Of a DNA stretch of 64,000 bases, positions 25,331-36,200 are shown piece by piece (position 1 is the stretch's first letter; every line of letters starts with the position of its first letter). The DNA lies in assembly GCA_000165345.1 (NCBI GenBank), contig CM000432.1:1-64000 (forward strand). Direction: 5' to 3'. The translations under genes were made by a program, and so were the position numbers. Under the pieces are notes generated by a model. That model saw only the letters and a program-made list of their open reading frames with translations, made no database searches and was not told where the DNA came from.

Positions 25331-25463
25331 GTAAATTGTAAGTTTGACCATTTTAATAAAATGAAAAAAAAATAACAAATTTAGAATAAGAGAGATTATT
25401 GACTAATTGTTGTTATATGAGTATAAAAGTTTACTAGGTTTTTCTAATTTAATCAGGTACAAA

Positions 25464-27320
25464 ATGAGGGAAGATATTGAATTATTATGTGAAATAATTA
25501 GTACTCATTTCGGAGGCTTGCCTGCAATAATTATTAAGAAATTAGTGGTAAATGGGCCACTGCCAATGGACAGGTTATACCATTTAGTTATTAAGGACAA
25601 AGAATCATCTAAGTATCTATCCTCAAATAGCAAAAATAATTTTCTAAGTTTTAGAAATTCCATGATGTATTTAGTTCATCACTATTGCATAATTTATTAC
25701 GAGATATCAGATCCAAATATAGAGTTAGATAACTCAAAAGAAGGAAAAAATGTTGTTTTTGAGGTTAATATTGATCATGTAATTTCAAGGCTAAGATTTC
25801 CGCTTTATATGGCCCATATTGAGAAATTATTGGGAGAGACATGTAAATATATTTTTATGGAAGTAATTAAGCATGGACGAATATCTACTAAAATTCTAAT
25901 TTCAGAACTTTCTGAAACAGTTGAGAATATAGAAGAAAATATTAATTTACTTATTCTATATGATTTTTTACTTATACTAAATGATAAAAACGAAACAATG
26001 AATGTAACAGAATCCGATAAAAATAATGGTAAGAAAGCTTTAAGTAGCGCATTTACAGATTTATTGTTTGATTACAATGAAGATTGTTTTACTAATTCAG
26101 AATCAATTAACTCTAATTTCCAAGGATCAACATTTAGTAATGTTCAAGGCGAATTTCCAAATATTGAATCTAAAAAAAACACTTCAAAATCTAATAGTGG
26201 TTATTTAATTAATTCTATTAAAAATAAAATATTGTCAATAAATATTCTCGGTCTAAATAATTCTATCTATAGCCAATTTATTGAGGAAATGGTGAGAAGT
26301 AGATATAATAATTTACTTTCATCTATAATAGTACGCGTTATGTCAGATAGTAAGGGTTTAAAGAGAAAACCAGTGGATGAAGGTTGGACTATTGAGGAAA
26401 TATCTAATGAAATATCCGAATTTTTGGAGCTTAACCAGGCTTTAAAAACTGATCTTGATATTTCTGATGATTCTAAGCTAAAATCCTCTGTATTGAGGGT
26501 AATTGATGTTTTAACTAAGCATTCTGACGAATTCATATCTTATAATCTAACTTCAATGGGTACTATATATAAACTCAATATTTCAAAAATTAAGTCATTA
26601 ATTAAGTACAAAGTTCTATACGAGTATATTGGGCATAGAGTTGGACAACTTGGTTCAAGAGTTTGGAGTATGATGTGCAATCCACATTTGATTTCTAGAT
26701 GTGATAATATTCAAGTATTGGATTCTGATAAAACTAAATCTCTTTCTGAATCTGGACCGTCTAGATCTTCTAAAGTATTTGCTCCATTTCCAAAATATGA
26801 TATTAAAAAAAGAGTTTATTGGGACGACGTTACTTTAGCTGAAAAGTGTCTTTTACCTAACAATATTGCAAGAAACTTGCTCTATTCTCTTGGAAGTGAA
26901 AAATTCATTCGAGTTCACAACTCGGATACAGTAACCATTGACCATTCTATTAACTCAAGTCAAGACTTAGTTAATTCATCCAAACTTTCTATGGCTGATT
27001 CAGTAAATACGAATTCTTCGCAAACTAACAAAGTATCCTATAATACTATTTCACAATCCTCACTTAGTAAACATGGGATATTTTATAGTACTTGTATTGA
27101 AAGCACTGTCAAAGAAGTGCAACTCAAATTTTATAGGATACTACTAAATATATTAACAAGATGCAAAATTCAAAATGATCAAATTCTAAATTTTGAAATA
27201 AGATCTAAGCATCTAACTCAAATTGAGATGGAGTATCTTGAGAAACTATCTTATGGACTAAACTATTTATTCAATAATATTACACAGATTGACAGATTCC
27301 TACTCATTTTAACTGTTTAA
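25464..27320 (+). CDS. RPC82: DNA-directed RNA polymerase III subunit RPC3/RPC82-like
   Basis: The N-terminal EDIELLCEIISTHFGGLPAIIIKKLVVNGPLPMDRLYHLV parallels human POLR3C EIKLCSLLLQEHFGEIVEKIGVHLIRTGSQPLRVIAH. A C-terminal winged-helix-like block (FYRILLNILTRCK) is also present. The likely start is the Met at 25464. The ORF-track start at 25407 is a non-ATG extension. Confidence 0.55.
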   Translation: MREDIELLCEIISTHFGGLPAIIIKKLVVNGPLPMDRLYHLVIKDKESSKYLSSNSKNNFLSFRNSMMYLVHHYCIIYYEISDPNIELDNSKEGKNVVFEVNIDHVISRLRFPLYMAHIEKLLGETCKYIFMEVIKHGRISTKILISELSETVENIEENINLLILYDFLLILNDKNETMNVTESDKNNGKKALSSAFTDLLFDYNEDCFTNSESINSNFQGSTFSNVQGEFPNIESKKNTSKSNSGYLINSIKNKILSINILGLNNSIYSQFIEEMVRSRYNNLLSSIIVRVMSDSKGLKRKPVDEGWTIEEISNEISEFLELNQALKTDLDISDDSKLKSSVLRVIDVLTKHSDEFISYNLTSMGTIYKLNISKIKSLIKYKVLYEYIGHRVGQLGSRVWSMMCNPHLISRCDNIQVLDSDKTKSLSESGPSRSSKVFAPFPKYDIKKRVYWDDVTLAEKCLLPNNIARNLLYSLGSEKFIRVHNSDTVTIDHSINSSQDLVNSSKLSMADSVNTNSSQTNKVSYNTISQSSLSKHGIFYSTCIESTVKEVQLKFYRILLNILTRCKIQNDQILNFEIRSKHLTQIEMEYLEKLSYGLNYLFNNITQIDRFLLILTV

Positions 27321-27622
27321 TTATATATTAAATGAATATAAATTACGTATAATTATTTTAAATTGTTTTTTTTTTAATCTTGGTTTTGTAGTAGCTGTTA
27401 AAAATAGATTTTCTTAAAGTTACTTTAATACTTCCTTATTACCTTCTAATAGTTATTTTTAAAATAAAATTGTTGAATATTTAATTTTTTTTTGTCGGTA
27501 CTATTTTTCTATTTCGTTGATACCGGCAATATTAAAATTTCGCAAATTTAATTAATTTTTTTAAAAAAATTAACAATTTAATGGGAATAAATAAGGCTTG
27601 TTGGAACTTCAAGAATTAATAT

Positions 27623-29347
27623 ATGGACAAGTTGAATAATAATCCAAAAATACAAGAGCATTGGCTTTGGAAGAAAAATGTACCTTTTATTTATGACTAC
27701 CTATTTATTACGCCCCTCAGGTGGCCAACATTGACATTTAGCATACCTCCAATAAGATTTAATAGCGAAGACATGAAAGCTGAAGAGGCGAATTCTGATA
27801 TTAGCAATGACTCTGAAATAAGCTTATATGGTCAACTATTGATCTACGGAGCGTATTCATCTTCAGTTCCATCTAATATTGAAGGAAGAGCTATTGATTC
27901 AAATTCACATGAAAAGTATATAACAATCTCTATGTTAGATACTCCGAATTTTGATGTTGATCTTCTAATGTGCGATGATTTACCAGATGGTAATTCCGAC
28001 AAGAAATTAGAAAAACCTAATTACTTATCTCCTGATATAAATTCTATATTTAAAATAATGGTAAATGATGATCCTATAAAAATTTGCTCACGATTAGATG
28101 AATCAAAAAATAGGATTTTAATTGCTTCAAAAATGCTAAGAGGTGAAATATGGTTTCATAATATTGGAATTGAAGAAATTTGTGATGAGACGTTTAAAGT
28201 TAGAGCAAGAGCAATTAATTCTAAAGAAGAATCTGAAATTGTTTCTGTATATAGCTCAGATTATGGAAACGACACAATATTAAACCATAAATATAACTCA
28301 GGCAAGTCAGGATATGGAATGGAATGGGGAACAACAAATTCCAATTGGTTATTAACAGGAAATGAGGATTCTTCACTCTACATTTTCGATGTAAATATAT
28401 GCGAAGCAGTATTTAAGGATCAGTCATATAATATTAGTTGCGGAATTAATGATCTATGCTGGATTAATCCAACCTTAACTCCGAATATATTTTCAACAGT
28501 AAATCATCAGGGCTGCTTATCAATATATGATTATAGATGTAGCTTAAAGAACTCAAAATCAAATGTAAATAGTCCTATAAACAAATGGAGTATTTCAGAT
28601 TCTCCTTGTGTTTCGATTTCGGCTCATCCAACAGTTTCAAACCTAATAAGTATAGGGGGGTACGATGGAACCATATATATAGTTGACTTGAGATATTTTT
28701 CAAATAATAAACAAATTAATGGGTTTCATTCTCATAACAAAGGCATAGTTAACAAGTTTAAATATAACACTGAACCTGTACACAGACTCGAATGGCATTC
28801 AGGAGGTAACGGGCTTTTGCTTTCCTCGAGTTTGGACGGAAAAGCTTGTATTTGGGACATTACTAGATGCAATAATTTACCTATTTGGGATCAAATGGAT
28901 CCAAATATTACTAATAATTTCTCGAGCACCTCAAACTCATCTCCAAATAGTTTTAGAAAAAATTTAGAGAGCACTAATAAATCTCTTGATAATCCAGTAG
29001 ATCCAGAGATTGATATAAAACGATCACTAAAGCTATTGATAAATAACAATTCTTCAAGCTGGACAAAAAATGAAAAATCAGATGGCCCTAATGAGCTAAT
29101 AGGGGTACATTCTGGACATACTGGACAAATTACTGATTCTCATTGGATGTTCAGTCCTAATAATGACTCTTGGACTGTAGTTAGTACCGACACTTTAAAT
29201 GGACTTCATGTTTGGTCCTTTAACGAAGCTATATTTACTTCAGAAAATGATCTAGTGGAACTATCTTATGCAAAACAGACGAAGTTTGATCAATCCATAA
29301 TATATAGTACAAAAGATTCTATACAAAATTTAGTCAACAGCCTATAA
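27623..29347 (+). CDS. WD40 histone-binding protein of the RbAp48/RBBP4/MSI1 family
   Basis: N-terminal WLWKKNVPFIYDYLFITPLRWPTLTFSIPP matches the RbAp48 helix [31 protein letters not shown]. C-terminal GVHSGHTGQITDSHWMFSPNNDSWTVVSTDTLNGLHVW matches [35 protein letters not shown]. Low-complexity insertions lengthen it to 574 aa. Confidence 0.7.
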   Translation: MDKLNNNPKIQEHWLWKKNVPFIYDYLFITPLRWPTLTFSIPPIRFNSEDMKAEEANSDISNDSEISLYGQLLIYGAYSSSVPSNIEGRAIDSNSHEKYITISMLDTPNFDVDLLMCDDLPDGNSDKKLEKPNYLSPDINSIFKIMVNDDPIKICSRLDESKNRILIASKMLRGEIWFHNIGIEEICDETFKVRARAINSKEESEIVSVYSSDYGNDTILNHKYNSGKSGYGMEWGTTNSNWLLTGNEDSSLYIFDVNICEAVFKDQSYNISCGINDLCWINPTLTPNIFSTVNHQGCLSIYDYRCSLKNSKSNVNSPINKWSISDSPCVSISAHPTVSNLISIGGYDGTIYIVDLRYFSNNKQINGFHSHNKGIVNKFKYNTEPVHRLEWHSGGNGLLLSSSLDGKACIWDITRCNNLPIWDQMDPNITNNFSSTSNSSPNSFRKNLESTNKSLDNPVDPEIDIKRSLKLLINNNSSSWTKNEKSDGPNELIGVHSGHTGQITDSHWMFSPNNDSWTVVSTDTLNGLHVWSFNEAIFTSENDLVELSYAKQTKFDQSIIYSTKDSIQNLVNSL

Positions 29348-29379
29348 CGATTTAATATATTTAGATAATTAACTAATTT

Positions 29380-29982
29380 CTAACTTTTTAATAGTAATGC
29401 ACAACATTTCTTGTATTTTTTTCCAGAATTGCATCTTGGGCATTTCTTATTTGAGAATTTAGATATCGGATAATTCATTTCATCATCACTATACTTTTCT
29501 TTAGAATCTTCGATGCTATTCTCCATCTCTTCTTCGTCGCTCACTACGTATCTATTGAAAAGCTGTCTTTCTAATTGTTCTAATCTCAAGTCACCAAGTA
29601 TTCTGCGGAAACCTTTAATAAATTACTTTACTTCTTTCGACTTTATTTATTAGTTAAACATACCTGGATTTAAAATTCCATATGCGCTTAATTGATTCCC
29701 ATTCCTTGGATTGGAGGATGTATTAAGAAACATACAAACTATTGTCAAAATAATTACACCTCTATAAAATTAATTAATTAAACAACATTTTTTTTTTGTT
29801 TCAAACATTGTTGCATTGTTATAGTACATTCTCAATGTTACAATACTTGATTACGACAAAGTAATCAAAACTTACGAAGTTCCAAAAAAATAACCAGAAA
29901 GAAAGTATAATGAGAATAAAACCAAGTATTTGAATACTCTACCCTTCAAATACTCAATAATATTGGTATTTTCATCTTCCAT
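29380..29982 (-). CDS. hypothetical small protein of about 145 aa with two N-terminal TM helices and a C-terminal SEC-C-like motif (CPRCNSGKKYKKCC). Three exons: join(29380..29612,29664..29761,29876..29982).
   Basis: ATG at 29982-29980. Minus-strand donors GTAAGT at 29875 and GTATGT at 29663. Acceptors ttaattttatag at 29763-29762 and tattaaag at 29614-29613. Introns 114 and 51 nt, with consistent phases (2, 1). The ORF track shows only the last exon, with a TTG start. Confidence 0.45.
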
Positions 29983-30522
29983 TATTCATCTTTTTAAATC
30001 TATTCACAATGATTTTACCCACATAAGACAAATAGAACCCGCCAAAGATTCTAATTATTTTTTCTTCCATTCATGACATGTAATATATGTAAATATAGTA
30101 TTTTTATTAATTTTTGAAATAAATAAAGCTAAAAAATCCAACATTTATTGGATTCCAGGCTTAATTAGTTGAGTTTAAATATATATTTTTTGTAATATTT
30201 CCTCTTTTCATATTTGTGAACTTGTAGAGCAGTTAAGATACGGGAAAAATTTGCGCCAAATTACAAAATGCAAGATATTGCACATAGAAATGCTATAGTG
30301 TGAGAAAGGCAATAATGCGCGTGGGGGATTGCATTTTATTGAATGCAAAGCTGAATTTACGAGTTTTGCGGTTAAGCATGTATTGCAAAAGAGATATTGT
30401 TGATATTTAATATTAAGAGTTATTACTAGAACGAATTTATATGATGCTTTAAGAATCTGGAATAAATTAATATTAAAAATATTAATAAGGAGAGAAGAGC
30501 AGTTATATAATATTCTAAGGTT

Positions 30523-32928
30523 ATGATAAAGAAACAACAAAGCATGAGTTTTAGCTCATTGCAAGAAGCATTCAAACCATTAGAATATGATTCATTCAAA
30601 CAGAATGAAATTTTTGAGCAAAGCTGGCAAAACAAAGGCGAAAATAAAATGAATTCAGGCGAATACATTAATATTGATAATTCGAGGCTCTATTCTTCGC
30701 AATTAATTGGAGGAGACTTAGAAAATATTAATTTAAATGGATTGGAAATGAAATTCGAAAGGGAAATGACAACTTTGAAAGAATCTTTCATACCAAATGA
30801 ACGAGGATACCACGAAATTCCAAAGTTTTTAATGTCCTACTCTGATTTATACCAAAATCAGGCACCTAAATATGAAGGAATTGACGAATTTCAAAACTCA
30901 AAATTTAGCAATACACTACTTACTACTCAATCATCCTCATGTTGGAGCAATAATTTAATTGAGCAAAATTATTTAGAAGCAAATACAAATAAAATATACC
31001 GGCCAAAGGATGAAAATACATTTTTAGAAGAAGATGATGGAATCTTAGATGTACTAAGCCATGCATTAAGTAAAACATGTTTAGATGATGAAACGATTGA
31101 ACAAATTAATTCTGGAGACGAGCCTTGTAAATACAACTTTACCAATAATATTTCCTCATCACCAACTTCATCCTCATCTCAAAAACCAATTTTACAAGCT
31201 TCAGGGTCAAGCTGCTCATCTTCATCATCAAACTCGAATTTGTCTTTAACTCCGTATGTCTTAGGACTCAGAGTTTTTAAGTTAATCAATTCAAATAAGA
31301 AGCAAGTATCTAACTTTCAGCTAAATACATATGATATTATGAATTTATGCTCGCAATTTGGTAATATAATTGATATAAGTATTAATAATGAGAGTCATTG
31401 CGTTACCTATGAGAATAGGGAGTCTTTAGAAAGAGCTTTAAATTCGCTTCAGAATCTTCAGATATCATCAGAAGGGGATTTTATTCATGCATATATACAT
31501 CAAACTTCAAATGCAATGATTGGTGGACTGGAGAGATCAATGAACCTTGTACAAAATAAATGGAGTCACGACTTTAACCAATTAAATTTTCCGAATATTA
31601 AGGAAATGTGTGGTTCAATAAGTTTTGTTGATAATATTGGCATTTTTGGTAATACAACTACGAGTGCTTCTACATCTTGTCGTTCAAATACAGAAATCAG
31701 TGCATCAGGAGCTTCAACAACTACGAACACTTCAACAAATTCACCATGGAATAGTTTTGATAGCTCAATAACGACTTATGAGAGAAATCTTTGGACAGCT
31801 TGGTTACAAGACAACAAAAATAATCAGAATAATTCAATTTCTAAGAGTATTCTAAATGAGAAATGCGAAAACTCTAATATTATACAAGATAAGATTGAAG
31901 AAAATGATGACCACATTAATCAAGAAAAGAGTAAAATTAAACAAAATTCGAATGGAGAATTCCAAAATACTAATACTAATACTACTAGTAACAATAGTAA
32001 TAGTAATTGCAATATTAACAAAGGACAATTAGGTAACCCAATAATAAGTAATGCTAGTTCATTAAATAACAATAGAACGAATACTATTACTTATTCTTCG
32101 ATAGTTGGATCCAATTTAAACAAAAATAATTTAGTGAAAGGGGTTAGCCAAAATTCTAATGTCCAAAATAACGAAAATTCAGTAATTTGTACAAATAATT
32201 CAGTTGTGAATAAACCTAATATTCAAGATATTAATGCTTTTAAGTTAACAAAAATTATTGGTAAATTAGATGAATTAAATTCAGATACAGCCGAAATGAA
32301 AAACTCTGGAAACTTACCACCAATTATTACATCAAATCAATCTCCAACTTCTACTTCATCATCTTCATCTTCAGTCTCATCTCCTTCAGCAATATCAACA
32401 TCTTGTCAAAATTCTTCAAACATGTTAAAGAAATACACAGCAAGATATGAGATCCAAATACCACCAGATAACCAATTTCAAATTGCAAGAAGAATTATTG
32501 GAACAAGAGGAATTAATATGAAAAGAATTTTCAAGTTAACTCAATCAAAACTTAGATTAAGAGGTAAAGGTTCTGGCTATTTAGAAGGTTATAACAAACA
32601 AGAGGCAGATGAACCATTGCATTTGTGTATTTCCTCTACAAATTCTGAACAATACATTAATGCAAGAAAGCTAGTAGAGCGATTATTATTAAAGATTTAC
32701 CAGGAGTATGATGACTTCTTATTATCAAATAATGATGATCATAAAACTCTTAATTTACAATTAAAATTCAAAGAAACAATGAGAACTAAGCAATTGCCAA
32801 CAAACCAACCCAATGGAAATAACAGTAATAATAATCATAATAATAATATTAATAACAATAATACGATTTTATCTGGAGTTGAATCTAATACAAACGACGA
32901 TGATTTGTTGAATGAATTTAATTTTTGA
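30523..32928 (+). CDS. KH-domain RNA-binding protein of STAR/GSG (Quaking/Sam68/SF1-like) type with long Asn/Ser-rich low-complexity regions
   Basis: The C-terminal YEIQIPPDNQFQIARRIIGTRGINMKRIFKLTQSKLRLRGKGSGYLE...ADEPLHLCISSTNSEQYINARKLVERLL follows the STAR KH pattern (IGPRG...K.LE..TG.KI.IRGKGS...EPLH.LI.A). The N-terminal part has an RRM-like block. Homopolymeric N/S/T tracts are present. Confidence 0.6.
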   Translation: MIKKQQSMSFSSLQEAFKPLEYDSFKQNEIFEQSWQNKGENKMNSGEYINIDNSRLYSSQLIGGDLENINLNGLEMKFEREMTTLKESFIPNERGYHEIPKFLMSYSDLYQNQAPKYEGIDEFQNSKFSNTLLTTQSSSCWSNNLIEQNYLEANTNKIYRPKDENTFLEEDDGILDVLSHALSKTCLDDETIEQINSGDEPCKYNFTNNISSSPTSSSSQKPILQASGSSCSSSSSNSNLSLTPYVLGLRVFKLINSNKKQVSNFQLNTYDIMNLCSQFGNIIDISINNESHCVTYENRESLERALNSLQNLQISSEGDFIHAYIHQTSNAMIGGLERSMNLVQNKWSHDFNQLNFPNIKEMCGSISFVDNIGIFGNTTTSASTSCRSNTEISASGASTTTNTSTNSPWNSFDSSITTYERNLWTAWLQDNKNNQNNSISKSILNEKCENSNIIQDKIEENDDHINQEKSKIKQNSNGEFQNTNTNTTSNNSNSNCNINKGQLGNPIISNASSLNNNRTNTITYSSIVGSNLNKNNLVKGVSQNSNVQNNENSVICTNNSVVNKPNIQDINAFKLTKIIGKLDELNSDTAEMKNSGNLPPIITSNQSPTSTSSSSSSVSSPSAISTSCQNSSNMLKKYTARYEIQIPPDNQFQIARRIIGTRGINMKRIFKLTQSKLRLRGKGSGYLEGYNKQEADEPLHLCISSTNSEQYINARKLVERLLLKIYQEYDDFLLSNNDDHKTLNLQLKFKETMRTKQLPTNQPNGNNSNNNHNNNINNNNTILSGVESNTNDDDLLNEFNF

Positions 32929-33246
32929 TTCAATGTTATTAAGATCCAAAAGAAATATTAAATGATGAGTAGTGGAGAAGCAATAAATGAAAAAATTAAA
33001 GGTTGGTTTATTAAAATAAAAACAAAACAAGGGTTATAATTTATAAAAGTAAACATTACGAACCTCACTCCTTTTATATCAATTCAATTTACCTAAGCTT
33101 TTAGCTGCATTAAATCGACGTGTTTTGATCTACAAAACATCTATCAACAAACAAAAAGAACTTATCTTCTCAAAGCAAAATTGGATATAAAGATTGTTTT
33201 ATTACTTGGGAATTAATAAACTGGAATAATATAAAAATTAATTAAT

Positions 33247-36200
33247 TTAATTTTGGAATAAAAATTTAAGATCATCAGAATTAAGTTTATTTAGAGCATT
33301 ATTAGATGCTCCAACGGTACCGTCAAAAACAAGTTGTTTCTTTTCTTGTAGTTGAAACATTCTTTCTTCAATCGTATCCTTTGTAATAAACCTTAATGCA
33401 GTAACTTTTTTCTTCTGACCGATTCGATGAGCTCTTTGGAATGCTTGTAATTCAACTGCAGGATTCCACCAAGGATCAAGTAGAAAAACGTAATTAGCAA
33501 CCTGTAAGTTAAGACCTTCACCGCCAGCTTTGAGGCTGATTAAGATTATTTTAAGGTCCGGGAATTTATTAAATGAATACAATATGCTATTTCTTTGAAG
33601 AATTGACATTGAGCCAGCAAGCATTACGCATCCAATATTTGCCTTTTTTAAGCGATAGGAAACCAAGTCAAGCATATTTGTGAATTGAGAAAATACGATT
33701 CCCTTTGATTCAGGATCTTCTTGCATCATTTTATTAACTTCTTCTAATAGTGTATCAATTTTTGTAGAGCTTTCGAACCCTTGAGTTTTAATTTGTCGAG
33801 TAATAAATTTATTTCTAACACAAGAAAGAATGTCTTCATTTTCTTGCTTTGGTTCTTGTTTAAGATTTTCTTTGCTAACATCTATACCTAATTGTTTAGC
33901 CATTTCCATTCTTTCAAGCTCTCTTTCAATTTGCTCTTGCATTTGTTCAGACTCCATATTGTCATTTGTATCATTTTCTTCGTCATTCATTTCATCATAT
34001 CCGGATTTAATCTTTTTATTTTTCTTATTTAAATTCGAAACTTTATTAAAATCAATTGTAAGAGGTACATAGCAAACAGGGCATCCAAGAACTCCTCTCA
34101 TTGTTTGTTCACCTTCTGTATCAAAATCAGTAATTATTTCGTCTTCCTGGGGAGCTTGTTCAATGTATTCTTTGATACATTTAATATGGAATCCATGTTT
34201 GCATTTACTTGTAACTCTTTGATCAATTGTAACATTATCCATGCAAATATAACATAAGTCTTCATTACTGTCAGCTCTGCTTTTTGACGGTATAACTTTT
34301 TTTGAGTCAAAATTTGTTTTTTCTTCTTCTGCATCGTTTAAACATTCAACATCCTTTTCTTCATCATTATCTTCTTCTTTGTATTCTTTTTTATATTCTA
34401 GATCTTTTTTGTGGTTGAATTTTCCATAAACAATTAGATATGGATGATCTACAGCTTGTCTAAGACGACTAATCAAATCAAAGACGTGAGCATAATTGTG
34501 CAAAACTGTTCCTTGATTAACATAAGTATCAAACTGAACTTTAGATCTTTGATATAAAGAAGTATAGAAATCTTTTTCTGGGGCAGAAAGCTCATTATTT
34601 ATAACTTTAATTTCTAATGGTGGAAGCCTAACGTCTTCTTGTCGTTGAACTTTTGTTCTTCTTAGTAAAACTTTATCTAATACCTCCTTTTTAAGCCTTC
34701 TTAAGGCTTCAGAGCCTTCTCCAGAGAAACCATATCTTTTGATTGGATTAATAATTAATTTGTTAAAATATGAATAATGACATGATCTTGCATGACCACA
34801 AAACGAACAATATTTTAAATGTGTAACATAGTTTAATTGCCTACAATCGCAATCTACCTTATTGCAAAAGTTATAAGCATAGGGATGAAATCCAATAAAT
34901 CTAACAAGAGAGTAGAGTTCGCCAACCCTATTTTGAAGAGGGGTACCTGTAAGACACCATTTTGTTCCTCTAGACTTTAAAGCAAAAATTGCCTTTGCAG
35001 TAGAAGTTGTTCTTGCCTTAATTCTGTGCGCTTCATCCAAAATAATGCGATTCCAGCTTCTTCCAAAAATCGCTGAATATTCTCTTAACTTTTGGATAAT
35101 TTCATCCTCTTCATTATCATCTTCTTCATCATCAATTTCATCAATTTCTTCTACTACTTTATATTCATCGTCATCATCATCATCATTCTGCTTTTTTTTT
35201 TGGTTCTTAGCATTTTTTCTACGTTTTATATTCAAGTCTTGGGAGTCATCAGATTCGTCATATTCGGAATATTCATCAATTGATTCTTCTTCGGCATTAT
35301 AATCGTCCTCGAATTCATCTTCGTACTTCTTCTTTTTTCTACTATTCTTAGAATTATTACTCTTCGTATTTGCTTTTTTATTGCTATTATGAGTAGACTT
35401 TGAAGTTTTTTTAGTATTTTGATTCAAATGATTCCCTTCATTAGAATTATTGTCAGGGTTATCAAGTCCCAATATATTTGACAGTTTATCCACGAGTTCA
35501 GCCTTTCGAAGAGATTTACAGTTATCATATAATTCAACCAAGGAATCCAATATTTGTCCATCAATATTGAATCTAGTAGATAAATACTCCTTGCTATTTT
35601 CAATACTTGAAAGGAATTCCTTTATAGATTTTACTGTCTCTGATTTTAAAGGCAGTTTAATTCCTCCCCATTCCAATAAAGAAAGTAAATTTTCTTCAGG
35701 TTCATCCTTTACAATTTCAGTCTTTTGAATTTTTTCTTCAGTATCGTTTTCCTTTAACGAATTACTAGAGTCTTCCTTTTTAACTAATTGTTGACTTTTT
35801 CTTCTGGAAGTAAACCAAGGCAAGGCTGAAGACAATGATTCATCGTCAAGTAAGTCTGCTTTAGCAAGTATTTCTCTATAAACATTGCTAATTGTTGGTA
35901 AACTACGAGCAATATCTTCCAACTGTTTTGCCTTATCAACACCTTCCTCTAATCCAATCTTTAAAGTTCTCATAGCTTTTTTTAAACCTTCATTTTTTCT
36001 TTCAGTAAGTGCTTGTTTAGCTGTTCTCATGGAGTTTGGACCACAAAAGTATCTAAGGTGAATCTTCAAAGTCCTTTTTAAGAATGATCTATCACAGTAA
36101 GGACATTTAGATTTGAATGCTGATGCAATCTTTCTATATTCAGCTTCCAATGTAGGGTAGGTGGTAATTACTACGTCAGCATCATCAATGTCAACTCCAC

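Noticed and set aside
25407-25463. 57-nt N-terminal extension of the RPC82 ORF (MLLYEYKSLLGFSNLIRYK)
   Set aside because: The ORF-track start is not supported. Homology to RPC3 begins at the downstream Met (MREDIELL), so the extension is probably 5' UTR.
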